The position numbers and the translations under genes are program-made. Under the pieces are notes generated by a model, which searched no databases, was not told the DNA's origin, and saw nothing but the letters and a program-made list of their open reading frames with translations. From NCBI GenBank assembly GCA_963762565.1, contig CAVXLD010000014.1, positions 1 through 64,000 on the forward strand: DNA of 64,000 nt, written 5' to 3'. Below, one piece after another: positions 1 to 8,963 of the stretch; the first letter of the stretch is position 1, and each line of letters opens with the position of its first letter. This DNA is from an uncultured Verrucomicrobiae bacterium. GTDB taxonomy: Bacteria; Verrucomicrobiota; Verrucomicrobiia; Chthoniobacterales; JAFAMB01.

Positions 1-4
1 TTTG

Positions 5-649
5 TCACTCTTTGATTATCCCCAGGCGCTCTGCCATGTGAACAAGGTCTACCAGCGACTGAGCCCGCATTTTCTGCATCACTTTGGCTCGCTGTATCTT
101 GACCGTAATCTCGCTCGTTCCCAATTCACCTGCGACTTGCTTGTTTAAGAGACCGCGGACGACCCAACTCATTACTTCCCGCTCGCGTTGGGTGAGGGTC
201 TCATAACGACTTCGAAGCTCCGCCGTTTTCGAATGACCTGCTTTGGATTCGGCATCTTTCTTGATCGCCTCGCGGATGGCGTCGAGCAATTCCTGATCTG
301 CAAAAGGTTTGGTGAGAAACTCCACCGCTCCGGCCTTCATGGCGCGCACAGTCATCGGAATGTCGCCGTGCCCGGTAATAAAAATAATCGGTATTTGATT
401 ATCGGAAGCAGCTAATTCCCGTTGCAGAGCTAAGCCGTTTTGGTCTGGTAGACGCACGTCAAGCACCAGGCAGGACGGCGCCGCTGATGGACTCTGCTGT
501 AAAAAGTCTCGTGCGGATGAAAACGTCTCTACTCGGAGACCGGCCGACCGGATCAAGCTGCTCAGCGCCTCACGGACCGAAATATCGTCGTCAACGACAT
601 ACACCACTGGAGGAACCGGTTTATCGGTTGGTTTAGTGCTGGGCTTCAA
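5..649 (-). CDS. FixJ/NodW-type response regulator (REC + LuxR HTH)
   Basis: VYVVDDD...CLVLDVRLP...[10 protein letters not shown]...KPF receiver and LTQREREV...[11 protein letters not shown]. Likely TTG start at 649 with GGAG upstream; the ORF-track extension to 820 runs through a repeat. Confidence 0.93.
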   Translation of the reverse strand: MKPSTKPTDKPVPPVVYVVDDDISVREALSSLIRSAGLRVETFSSARDFLQQSPSAAPSCLVLDVRLPDQNGLALQRELAASDNQIPIIFITGHGDIPMTVRAMKAGAVEFLTKPFADQELLDAIREAIKKDAESKAGHSKTAELRSRYETLTQREREVMSWVVRGLLNKQVAGELGTSEITVKIQRAKVMQKMRAQSLVDLVHMAERLGIIKE

Positions 650-752
650 ATTTCGTCTCCCCTCAGAATAGGATTTGGGGAACCGGGTTGCAAAGTTTCT
701 TGGGGAACGATGCGGCGTTAACGAGCGGGCAGGGTGGAAGGGGTCGCCAACC

Positions 753-935
753 GTGGAGCGTGCCTCGCTTGCGAGGCCGACGGTGAGCAGAGCCGAGAAT
801 GAGCCCATCCGAACGTGCAACTCCGCTCTCGGGCCTTAGAATGAGGGGTCGCCACATAGAGCGTTGATGGAAGCTAGGTGGTGTACACACGGCGTTCCCT
901 TGCTCACCACGGCCTCGCAAGCGAGGCACGCCCCA
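753..935. repeat. REP-like inverted pair, family A (GTGGAGCG-GCCTCGCTTGCGAGGCC)
   Basis: 753-789 gtggagcgtgcctcgcttgcgaggccgacggtgagca is near reverse-complementary to 901-935. The same motif recurs at 32326-32391 and 43417-43523. Confidence 0.85.
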
Positions 936-939
936 TAGC

Positions 940-1326
940 TTACCCACGCGGTCCCAGTGCTTTTTCCACTGCATTGAGAAGCGTGTCGTCGGTAAAAGGT
1001 TTCAACAGGCAGTCAATAGCGCCATCGGTCATCATCCGCTCGCGCAAGGCCTCGGTTTCATGAGCAGTGACAAAGACGATCGGTATCGAATAACCAGTGG
1101 TCTTCAGTTCTCGCTGAAGGTCTGGTCCGCTCATACCATCCAGTCTGACGTCCAGAACCAAGCAGTCTGCAGCCCGAAGTCTTGCTGAGCCCATAAATTC
1201 TTCTGCTGAAGAATATGTGGCCACTTGAAAGCCAACTGACTTCAGCAGGCTTTCCACTGATTCCCGGACCGAGATATCATCATCGACAACAGCGATCAGG
1301 GATGTACGGCTAGCCCGTGGAAGCAT
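940..1326 (-). CDS. Single-domain response regulator receiver protein
   Basis: [22 protein letters not shown] and LLKPF receiver motifs; no output domain. Confidence 0.92.
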   Translation of the reverse strand: MLPRASRTSLIAVVDDDISVRESVESLLKSVGFQVATYSSAEEFMGSARLRAADCLVLDVRLDGMSGPDLQRELKTTGYSIPIVFVTAHETEALRERMMTDGAIDCLLKPFTDDTLLNAVEKALGPRG

Positions 1327-1361
1327 TGACCAAGCATGCCGGATTTGAGTGAGCGTCGCTA

Positions 1362-1377
1362 TAATACCTTGGTATGA
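1362..1377. promoter_or_regulatory. Putative operator palindrome ATACC-NN-GGTAT (copy 1)
   Basis: taataccttggtatga upstream of the minus-strand receiver gene; mirrors copy 2 at 1802-1817. Confidence 0.55.
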
Positions 1378-1413
1378 CTGTGATGGAGAGGCGCCCGCTC
1401 TATGTAGGGAGCG

Positions 1414-1712
1414 CTAGTGTCCTGTCCCATAAATAACGTGGCTTTCGCCCGGCAGCTGCCGGATCAGTTGGCTGTTTTTCAAGGCGCGAGCGAAGCGCCC
1501 ATATCTGGTTCATACGGGTCGAGCGAGCAACGCGGAAAAACAGCCAACTGGCCACGGCCCGGAGGGTTGCGATGAAAATGGGCCGGCGGCGGCGTTGCTC
1601 GTCGGTTACGTATCGATCTAGATATGCGCCCTCCTCGCGTCCGGCAACTGCCGGACCGGCGGCCCATTTTGATCGCAACGAAAGCCACGTTATTTATGGG
1701 ACAGGACACTAG
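1414..1712. mobile_element. MITE-like non-autonomous element, 299 bp, 34-bp perfect terminal inverted repeats with CTAG at the outer ends
   Basis: ctagtgtcctgtcccataaataacgtggctttcg (1414-1447) is the exact reverse complement of 1679-1712. Internal stems at 1465-1480/1535-1550 and 1566-1585/1660-1679. No transposase. Confidence 0.85.
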
Positions 1713-1801
1713 GCAAGCCTATGTCCGTTTTACCAAGTTTTGAAGGCGTATCGCAGGTAGAGGCGGTTCTCGGACCCTAGTTCCCTGGTCGGTTAGTTCC
1801 C

Positions 1802-1817
1802 TCATACCAAGGTATGA
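1802..1817. promoter_or_regulatory. Putative operator palindrome TCATACC-AA-GGTATGA (copy 2)
   Basis: Perfect 7-2-7 palindrome upstream of the plus-strand sigma-54 regulator. Confidence 0.55.
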
Positions 1818-2023
1818 TAGATCGCACGGGTGGCATCGTGTAGTATCGCCACCAGGCCTGGCACTCCCCCAATTTGACTACTTGGTGAAGACGCCAGACG
1901 GGCTCAGAAACCACAAAAGACCACTATTGAGTAGATGTTAGAAATGATGTTGCAACCGTAAGCTGATCAAGTGGCCTAGTGAGTTCATGAAGCCGCTTGC
2001 CAGGCTAAAGAAAGGGATGACCC

Positions 2024-3541
2024 ATGAATCATGAACCTGTTCCTCAAGTGTACGTCGTGGACGACGACATTTCGGTGCGTGAGGCTCTAAGCAGTTTGAT
2101 CCGCTCTGCCGGGCTCAGCGTTAGAACCTTCGCTTCGGCCAGCGAGTCGTTGGGAGGTCTAAAGAGGGAACGACCGGGGTGCTTAGTGTTGGATATCCAA
2201 CTTCCTGATATCAACGGATTCGAACTCCAGCAGCGACTCGCAACCGACGACATTCAGATTCCGATCATCTTTCTTACGGGGCACGGGGACATTCCGATGT
2301 CAGTGCGAGCTATCAAGGCCGGAGCAGTAGAATTTCTCACCAAACCCTTCGACGACGAATACCTGTTGGAGACCATCCGGACCGCGATCGCGAGAGGCAG
2401 CAAACGCGAAGGGCTGGGAGCAGATACTTCGGAGGTGGTTGACGCCAATGACGGGCAGTCCAGCACGGCCTCGCGGGCGGTTCCGGACCGAGCCGAAATA
2501 GTGATGTCTGCGCCACAGAAGGTGAATGGGAGATCCGCGAATACCGATAGCGAGATCATCGGTCAGAGCTTGGTTTGGCGGCAAATCATGAGACAAATCG
2601 AGATGGTAGCGCCCACTGACGCTACTGTCTTGATTTTGGGTGAAACTGGGACCGGGAAGGAGTTGATTGCGCGGGAACTCCATCGGCGGGGCCGGCGCAA
2701 GGACAAGCCTTTAGTTCGAGTCAACTGCGCTTGTATCCCGAAGGAATTGTACGAGAGCGAATTCTTTGGTCACGCGCGAGGAGCCTTCACCAGCGCAATC
2801 AAGGACCGGATTGGCCGGTTTGAGGCGGCGGCGGGTGGGACCCTGTTCTTGGACGAAATTGGCGAAATTCCTTTGGAACTTCAGGGCAAACTTCTCCGTG
2901 TCCTTCAGGAAAAAAGTTATGAGCGGGTTGGGGAGGACAGAACTCGGCGCACGGATGTGCGTATCGTTGCTGCTACCAACCGGGACCTAAAGAGAGAGGT
3001 CGCCGCCGGTCGCTTTCGCGAAGACTTATATTATCGATTGAATGTCTTTCCAATTAGCGTTTCTCCGCTTCGTGAACGGAAGGAGGACATTCCGATGTTG
3101 GCGACCCATTTCGTTGAGTTAGCGGTAAACGAGCTCGGATGTCCGCCGCCAAGATTAACCCGAGCCGGCATCGAAACTCTACAAAACTATGATTGGCCCG
3201 GGAATATCCGGGAGTTAAGAAACGTAATCGAGCGGGCGGCGATCTTCGCCCGAGGCGGCGCGTTAGAGTTTGACCTCGCGATAACGGACGCCGATCCGAA
3301 TCGGTTTGAGCCTGATGATCTGGACGGAATCGAACAAGAATTTCTCACGGACGCGGAAATGCGGCGTCGAGAACGAGAGAACCTTTTCGCAGTATTACGA
3401 AAGACCGGATGGAAAATTAAGGGTGTTGATGGAGCGGCGGAGCTTCTCGGCGTGAAACCGACCACGCTAATTTCTCGGATAGAGAAAATGGGGCTGAAGA
3501 GATCTCTTCTCAAAGAAGATGTGGGAGATCCTTGCGTGTGA
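2024..3541 (+). CDS. Sigma-54-dependent response regulator (REC + AAA+ + Fis HTH)
   Basis: N-terminal receiver, GETGTGKE Walker A, GAFTSA loop, [17 protein letters not shown]-terminal GAAELLG HTH. Confidence 0.95.
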   Translation: MNHEPVPQVYVVDDDISVREALSSLIRSAGLSVRTFASASESLGGLKRERPGCLVLDIQLPDINGFELQQRLATDDIQIPIIFLTGHGDIPMSVRAIKAGAVEFLTKPFDDEYLLETIRTAIARGSKREGLGADTSEVVDANDGQSSTASRAVPDRAEIVMSAPQKVNGRSANTDSEIIGQSLVWRQIMRQIEMVAPTDATVLILGETGTGKELIARELHRRGRRKDKPLVRVNCACIPKELYESEFFGHARGAFTSAIKDRIGRFEAAAGGTLFLDEIGEIPLELQGKLLRVLQEKSYERVGEDRTRRTDVRIVAATNRDLKREVAAGRFREDLYYRLNVFPISVSPLRERKEDIPMLATHFVELAVNELGCPPPRLTRAGIETLQNYDWPGNIRELRNVIERAAIFARGGALEFDLAITDADPNRFEPDDLDGIEQEFLTDAEMRRRERENLFAVLRKTGWKIKGVDGAAELLGVKPTTLISRIEKMGLKRSLLKEDVGDPCV

Positions 3542-4506
3542 AGTTAACCGGGATCCATCACGTCACGGCCATCGCTTCGGACCCCGCTGCCAATGTGGCT
3601 TTCTACACAGAGGTACTGGGATTGCGGCTAGTCAAGAAGACTGTCAACTTTGACGATCCGAATACCTACCATCTTTATTACGGAGATGATGCCGGCGCTC
3701 CCGGTACCATTTTAACCTTTTTCCCTTGGCCGGATGCGCGACGGGGGACGCCGGGTGTTGGTCAAGTGACTGCATTCGCATTTCAGGTGCCGGTTGGTAG
3801 TCTGTTGTTTTGGCGTAAGCATCTTGCAAGTACCGGCCTAGCCATCAGAGAGGAAGGTACACGCTTCGGAGAAAAATTCGTTGCGACTCAGGATGCGGAT
3901 GGATTCGTTTTGGAATTTATCGAAACGGTAGAGGCCGCCTCCACGAAGCCGCCGCCAGGTGCGACGATTCCAACGGAGCATGCGTTGCGCGGCTTTCACG
4001 GAGCGACACTTTCTTTAGAAGCCCAGGAGCAAACTGGCGCCATCTTGACGAAGCTGATGGGCGCCCGCCTGGAAGGCAGCGAAGGCAACCGCTTTCGCTA
4101 CGCGCTTGGAGATGGCCCAGGACGCGCACGAATCGATCTGCTCTGTTTGCCGGCCGGGCGTTTGGGTACGAGCGGGACCGGCATCGTCCACCATATTGCC
4201 TGGCGGACACCAGACGACGCTTCGCAAGTGGCGGCGAGAACTGAACTGCTTTCGGCAGGACTCAATGTTTCGCCCATGATCGACCGCAACTACTTCCACT
4301 CGATCTACTATCGTGAGCCCGGAGGCGTTTTGTTCGAAATTGCCACTGATCCGCCCGGCTTTTCAGTCGATGAATCGCCCGAGTTGCTCGGCTCCAAGCT
4401 CATGTTACCGGAGTGGTTAGAACCTCATCGGCAGGGGCTGGAAGCGACTTTGCCGCCGCTCAAGCGGGAGGGCGCGCGTCCTAGCGCGCCGCGAACGGAT
4501 CTATAG
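3538..4506 (+). CDS. Ring-cleaving dioxygenase, VOC/glyoxalase family (MhqA/O-like)
   Basis: [52 protein letters not shown] start overlaps the upstream stop (GTGA). Confidence 0.93.
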   Translation: MKLTGIHHVTAIASDPAANVAFYTEVLGLRLVKKTVNFDDPNTYHLYYGDDAGAPGTILTFFPWPDARRGTPGVGQVTAFAFQVPVGSLLFWRKHLASTGLAIREEGTRFGEKFVATQDADGFVLEFIETVEAASTKPPPGATIPTEHALRGFHGATLSLEAQEQTGAILTKLMGARLEGSEGNRFRYALGDGPGRARIDLLCLPAGRLGTSGTGIVHHIAWRTPDDASQVAARTELLSAGLNVSPMIDRNYFHSIYYREPGGVLFEIATDPPGFSVDESPELLGSKLMLPEWLEPHRQGLEATLPPLKREGARPSAPRTDL

Positions 4507-4630
4507 TGTGGCTAGATCGGGTCCGTCGCGGGCTTCGAGAACAGCGGATCGCGAGGATCTGACGTCGCCAAAACTGGGAGAAAGGAAACCAGGAAGAGAA
4601 GGCTATGTCGGACAGGCGGCGATCCCTCCC
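4466..4630. repeat. REP-like pair, family B (GGGAGGG-CGCGCGTCC-CGCGCGCC / GATCGCG-GGACGCGATCCCTCCC); right arm interrupted by a nested insert
   Basis: Left arm 4466-4495 overlaps the dioxygenase 3' end. Right arm 4545-4630 carries an insert at 4558-4618. An intact pair is at 50294-50416. Confidence 0.8.
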
Positions 4631-4673
4631 GGCGATGGGCCCTGGTTTGTTAGGAGAACGAGGACGATTTTTT

Positions 4674-5291
4674 ATGAGCATCCAATCTTTCCGGCATTTT
4701 TATCGGCCTGGTACGAGCGGAAGCCCATATAGTTTACTCCTATTGCACGGCACGGGTGGTGACGAACACGACATGGTGCCGTTGGCAGATGCGATCGCTC
4801 CTGGAGCTCAGGTGATCAGTCCCCGGGGTCAGGTCATTGAAAACGGAGCACCGAGATTTTTTCGACGTTTTGCCGAGGGTGTTCTTGACGTTGAAGATTG
4901 GCGCCGGCGCTCTAACGATTTAGCGGATTTCGTGGCGGCCAGTTGCACTGAACATGAAATCGATCCAAAGAAGCTGTTTGCGGTCGGCTACTCGAACGGC
5001 GCAAATATTGCGCAGGGTCTACTGCTGTTGCGCCCGGAAGTGCTAGGCGGCGCTATTCTATTTCGATCAATGTTCATCACGGATGACGTCCCGCCGAATG
5101 ATCTTACCGGGCACTCGGTACTGCTGGTTCAAGGTGATCGTGATCCCATTACGCCGCCGGGGAATGCTGAGGATATCGCTCAGCAATTGCAAAGGCGCGG
5201 CGCCCATGTAACCATCAAAAGAATACATGGCTCGCACGGTCTGGTTCAAGATGATGTCGTCTTCGCGCAAAATTGGCTGAACCACAGATGA
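4674..5291 (+). CDS. Alpha/beta hydrolase (MhqD-like phospholipase/carboxylesterase)
   Basis: LLLHGTGG, SPRG.V.ENG.PRFFRR, GYSNGAN nucleophile; usual partner of the upstream dioxygenase. Confidence 0.92.
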   Translation: MSIQSFRHFYRPGTSGSPYSLLLLHGTGGDEHDMVPLADAIAPGAQVISPRGQVIENGAPRFFRRFAEGVLDVEDWRRRSNDLADFVAASCTEHEIDPKKLFAVGYSNGANIAQGLLLLRPEVLGGAILFRSMFITDDVPPNDLTGHSVLLVQGDRDPITPPGNAEDIAQQLQRRGAHVTIKRIHGSHGLVQDDVVFAQNWLNHR

Positions 5292-5309
5292 TTTTGTCCA
5301 CAGAAAATC

Positions 5310-5583
5310 CACAATACGGAAAGGCCACAAAGGACACAAAGACCGAAACTAATAACCGGTTCCTGGCCTCAGTCTTTGTGGTCTTCGTGGCTTTTCCGTA
5401 TTGTGATGTTTTGAAGGTGGCGAGGCTGGAATGGCCGAAACCGCGAATGAACCCGAATGGACGCGAAGACAAAAAGAGAATAAGCCCAACGGCAGACTAA
5501 CTCAGATTGGCGCAGATGTACGCAGATAGACTTTCGAGCTCACCTGGATGGCGTTACTACAACCTATCTGCGTCTATCCGTGT
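5310..5583. repeat. 9-mer-type arrays: inverted pair 5310-5346/5369-5405 and a CGAATG/CGCAGAT composite at 5438-5583
   Basis: cacaatacggaaaggccacaaaggacacaaagac pairs with gtctttgtggtcttcgtggcttttccgtattgtg. 5439-5473 matches 56883-56915. Confidence 0.75.
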
Positions 5584-5651
5584 TCTTTTCACCCCGGAGA
5601 TTTTCGGGGCTGCGGTTGGACGGCTGCTTGGGACTCGATAATCTTCCAGCG

Positions 5652-7142
5652 GTGGATCTGACTCTTATTTTCGTGGCCGTCTTGATCGTGGATGCGTTGA
5701 CGGTGAGGTTTGTCCTGCGATCCAAGAAAATCGCCCGGTTTATTGCAAGGACGTTCTTTTTCGCCGGCGAAACCGCCATCATCATGGCTTTAGTCGGATC
5801 GCCGGCGTCTCCGATGATTCGAGTCCAGGATCTTCCCCGACAATTCTGGCTGCAAATTTTAGCTTGTTGTTGGTGGGCGCTGGCTGCCCGGGAATTGATT
5901 GAATGCCTGAAGCTGCTGACCAGGCTGCGTAAGACTGCCTCTGAGAACCGGCTTCTATTCGATGTTATCGCCGGTTCCATCTACGTGTGTTCAGCCCTGG
6001 CCATGATGGGGTTCGTGTTTGCCTGGCCGTTGCAAGGGCTGCTGGCGACTTCGGGCATTATCGCGATTGTCCTCGGGCTCGCTTTGCAGAGTACTTTAAG
6101 CGACCTGTTTTCCGGCATCTCACTGACGATCGAAAAACCGTACCAACTTGGTGACCAAATCCTCTTGGAGGGAGGAATCGAGGGCCAGGTGGTTCAAGTG
6201 AATTGGCGGTCGACCCATCTGAGAAATGGCGCGAACGATGTGGTGGTTGTTCCGAATAGCGCCATCGCAAAGATGCGTATTCAAAATCATACAACGGGCA
6301 GTAAACTTTACAGTGGAACTCTGACCGTGATCGTCGATAGCAGGAACGCGTTCGAGCCCACGACAGAACTGTTCAAACAGGCGGCCATGGCCTGCCCGGC
6401 CATATTGAAGCATCCCGCCTGCACCGTCGTTGCCACCGATATCAAAGGCGACCGCGTCACTTATGAAATCAGCTACAGTACCGAGCTGTTTACGTCCGCG
6501 GGTGAAGCACGATCGCAATTAATTGCTCAACTCTATAAACGAGCTCGACCGGCAACTGAGCCGCCACCCGGCTCGGCCGGCCCGTTCTCTCCCGAAGTTT
6601 TCATCGCGGCTCCGATCCGTTTCTTCTCTGAGAACGAGGTCCTCAATCATCTGCAGTTTTTCGATCCGTTAACGCCGGCTGAGAAGGCAGATCTAACGTC
6701 TAAGATGATTCGCCATCATTTCCATGCGGGAGACCAGCTTCTAGCCCAGGGAGGCAACAGCGGATCGCTTCACTTTGTTTTCGTTGGAGTGATTCAAGTT
6801 ACCCATCAGGTTCCAGACGGCCGGGTGCTGGAGGTTAAGAAGTTAGGGCCCGGCGATTCCTATGGCGAGGTTTCGCTTCTGACCGGGGACCCGTCCGCAG
6901 GCGGTTTCACTGCAATCACCTCCGGACTGTTACTGGAACTTAAAGCTGAGGATCTAAAGCCGACTATCGAAGGCCGGCCTGAGTTAATGGAGGATCTTTG
7001 CCATTTCGTTACCCAAATGCAGGAGTTTATTACCAGGTTCGAGCGATCCAGCACACAACGGACCGCGGAGATTCATCAGCATGATCTGCTCTGGCGGGTG
7101 AGAAACTTTTTCCGGCTGCCCGAACGAAATTCTATTGACTGA
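5652..7142 (+). CDS. MscS-family mechanosensitive channel with C-terminal cNMP-binding domain
   Basis: LGLALQSTLSDLFSG, EKPYQLGD, VNWRST, VPNS, then LGPGDSYGEVSLLTG. Start uncertain (5580 or 5652). Confidence 0.9.
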   Translation: MDLTLIFVAVLIVDALTVRFVLRSKKIARFIARTFFFAGETAIIMALVGSPASPMIRVQDLPRQFWLQILACCWWALAARELIECLKLLTRLRKTASENRLLFDVIAGSIYVCSALAMMGFVFAWPLQGLLATSGIIAIVLGLALQSTLSDLFSGISLTIEKPYQLGDQILLEGGIEGQVVQVNWRSTHLRNGANDVVVVPNSAIAKMRIQNHTTGSKLYSGTLTVIVDSRNAFEPTTELFKQAAMACPAILKHPACTVVATDIKGDRVTYEISYSTELFTSAGEARSQLIAQLYKRARPATEPPPGSAGPFSPEVFIAAPIRFFSENEVLNHLQFFDPLTPAEKADLTSKMIRHHFHAGDQLLAQGGNSGSLHFVFVGVIQVTHQVPDGRVLEVKKLGPGDSYGEVSLLTGDPSAGGFTAITSGLLLELKAEDLKPTIEGRPELMEDLCHFVTQMQEFITRFERSSTQRTAEIHQHDLLWRVRNFFRLPERNSID

Positions 7143-7478
7143 GAATGGGCGGGCGCCTGACGATTGCTTGGTGCGACCACCCCAAATCGGGGCGTTGCAT
7201 TCCGGAGTGCAGCTTGAGCGCGGGTCGACGCCTCCTTTGGGTTCCGTGGTGGTTTCTCGGCCATCCGGCGAAGGAGGATCGGGAAGTCGTAAGTATGAAA
7301 TCTCGTACCTCACTTTTCTCGTTCTTATTCGAATTGTAAGAGCCTCGTAATCAAGCTACTACAATCAAAGCTAGTCGATTGGCACACATCATGTTGATAG
7401 AGACAGCGCGGGTCTGGAGTGCGCTGTGCCTGAGAGAATCGCCATTTACCTGCGGCGTGTCAGGATCCAACATCTCTT

Positions 7479-8168
7479 ATGAAGATTGAAATATTCGCGG
7501 ATGCCCAAACAGTGGCGGAGCAAGCTGCTACTCTCATTGCTTCTGAAGCGCGATCGGCAGCAACCGAACGCGGTCGTTTTGTAATCGCCGTTAGTGGCGG
7601 CCACACTCCGTGGATCATGCTCACGGCTCTGGCGAAAGAGGATGTTCCCTGGGATAAGGTCCACCTCGCGCAGGTTGATGAACGAGTGGCTCCCGGTGGA
7701 GACCCGGACCGTAACCTGACGCATTTGCGAGAGAGCTTGTTGGAGCATGCGCCATTGCCTCCGAACCAAATCTATGCCATGCCGGTGGAATCATCTGATT
7801 TGGAGGCTGGCGCCAAAGAATACTCTAAGGTGCTGGAAAGGATCGCTGGTTCTCCTCCGGTCTTCGATGTCGTTCATCTGGGACTTGGGCCGGATGGACA
7901 TACTGCTTCATTGGTTCCTGGCGATTCAGTGTTGCAGGTCAACGATGCGGATGTTGGAGTTACCTCGATTTACCAGGGGCGCCGGCGACTGACGCTGACT
8001 TATCCCGTGCTCAATCGGGCCCGGCGCGTCCTTTGGTTAGTAACTGGGGCGGAAAAGGTCGAGATGCTGAAGCGCTTGAGCAAAGCCGATCCATCGATTC
8101 CAGCCGGACGCGTCAATCAAGAACGCGCCTTGGTGTTCGCAGATCGCGCGGCAGCAGGGTCGACTTAG
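7479..8168 (+). CDS. pgl: 6-phosphogluconolactonase
   Basis: SGGHTP, VDERV, LGLGPDGHTASL, RLTLT motifs. Confidence 0.93.
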   Translation: MKIEIFADAQTVAEQAATLIASEARSAATERGRFVIAVSGGHTPWIMLTALAKEDVPWDKVHLAQVDERVAPGGDPDRNLTHLRESLLEHAPLPPNQIYAMPVESSDLEAGAKEYSKVLERIAGSPPVFDVVHLGLGPDGHTASLVPGDSVLQVNDADVGVTSIYQGRRRLTLTYPVLNRARRVLWLVTGAEKVEMLKRLSKADPSIPAGRVNQERALVFADRAAAGST

Positions 8169-8401
8169 TCCCGGAGGGACCGAATGATGGTAGCCTGGCA
8201 CGAAGTGCCTGGGAAACGACAAAACATGATCCGTCCCGTAGGGACGGTATGATTCGGGGACAGCGACGAAAAATGACTAGGGACGTGTTCAAGTTTGTAA
8301 ACCGGAGGCAGCGCTCATACCGTCCCTCCGGGACGGCGGCGGCTTTTGCTGGCTTCCCAGGCACTTCGTGCCAGGCTACCATCACCCAATCCCTCCGGGA
8401 T
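8168..8401. repeat. REPIN-like ~230-bp palindromic element, family C (copy 1)
   Basis: GTCCC-NNN-GGGAC hairpins at both ends and internally, and GGTAGCC-GGCA...TGCCTGG arms in inverted orientation. Homologs at 22324-22554 and 42485-42716. Confidence 0.9.
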
Positions 8402-8486
8402 GAAGGGGTCGTGTCCAACTAACTTCACTACACGCCAACGAAAGCTCTAGTTTAACTACCTAGAAAAACAGCGAGGAGATAAACAC

Positions 8487-8945
8487 ATGCGAATAGGAAT
8501 CGCGACGGATCACGGTGGTTTCAGCTTAAAGGAAGAAGTGGTCGCCAAATTAAAAGCAGCCGGGCACGAGGTGGTCGATTTTGGTGCGCACAAGCTCGAT
8601 GAGGCCGATGATTATCCTGATTTTGTAGTGCCGTTGGCCCGGGCCGTCGCGGCGGGTGACGTCGAGCGTGGCGTCGCCATCTGTGGTAGTGGAGTGGGAG
8701 CGTCGGTCTGTGCCAACAAGATACCTGGCGTTCGAGCAGCGCTAATCCACGACCATTTTTCAGCGCGGCAAGGGGTAGAGGACGACCACATGAACATGAT
8801 CTGCATGGGAGGACGGACGATCGGACCGGCCGTAGCCTGGGATCTCATTCAAACATTTCTAGGTGCTGAATTCAGCCAAGCCGAGCGGCACCTGCGGCGT
8901 TTAAGCAAAGTAGCTTCGCTGGAATCGGCGGCAGCCAAGCAATAA
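8487..8945 (+). CDS. rpiB: Ribose-5-phosphate isomerase B
   Basis: DHGG, DYPD, ICGSGVG, ANKIPGVRAA, RHLRR; SD AGGAG upstream. Confidence 0.95.
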   Translation: MRIGIATDHGGFSLKEEVVAKLKAAGHEVVDFGAHKLDEADDYPDFVVPLARAVAAGDVERGVAICGSGVGASVCANKIPGVRAALIHDHFSARQGVEDDHMNMICMGGRTIGPAVAWDLIQTFLGAEFSQAERHLRRLSKVASLESAAAKQ

Positions 8946-8963
8946 CCCGAGAGGTAAAACCTA

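Noticed and set aside
1400..1709. Short ORFs inside the MITE as a transposase remnant
   Set aside because: No DDE or HUH motifs; the region is explained by hairpins.
7380..7395. Sigma-54 promoter TGGCAC-N5-ATGTT upstream of pgl
   Set aside because: The -12 element lacks the conserved GC, so the match is too weak.
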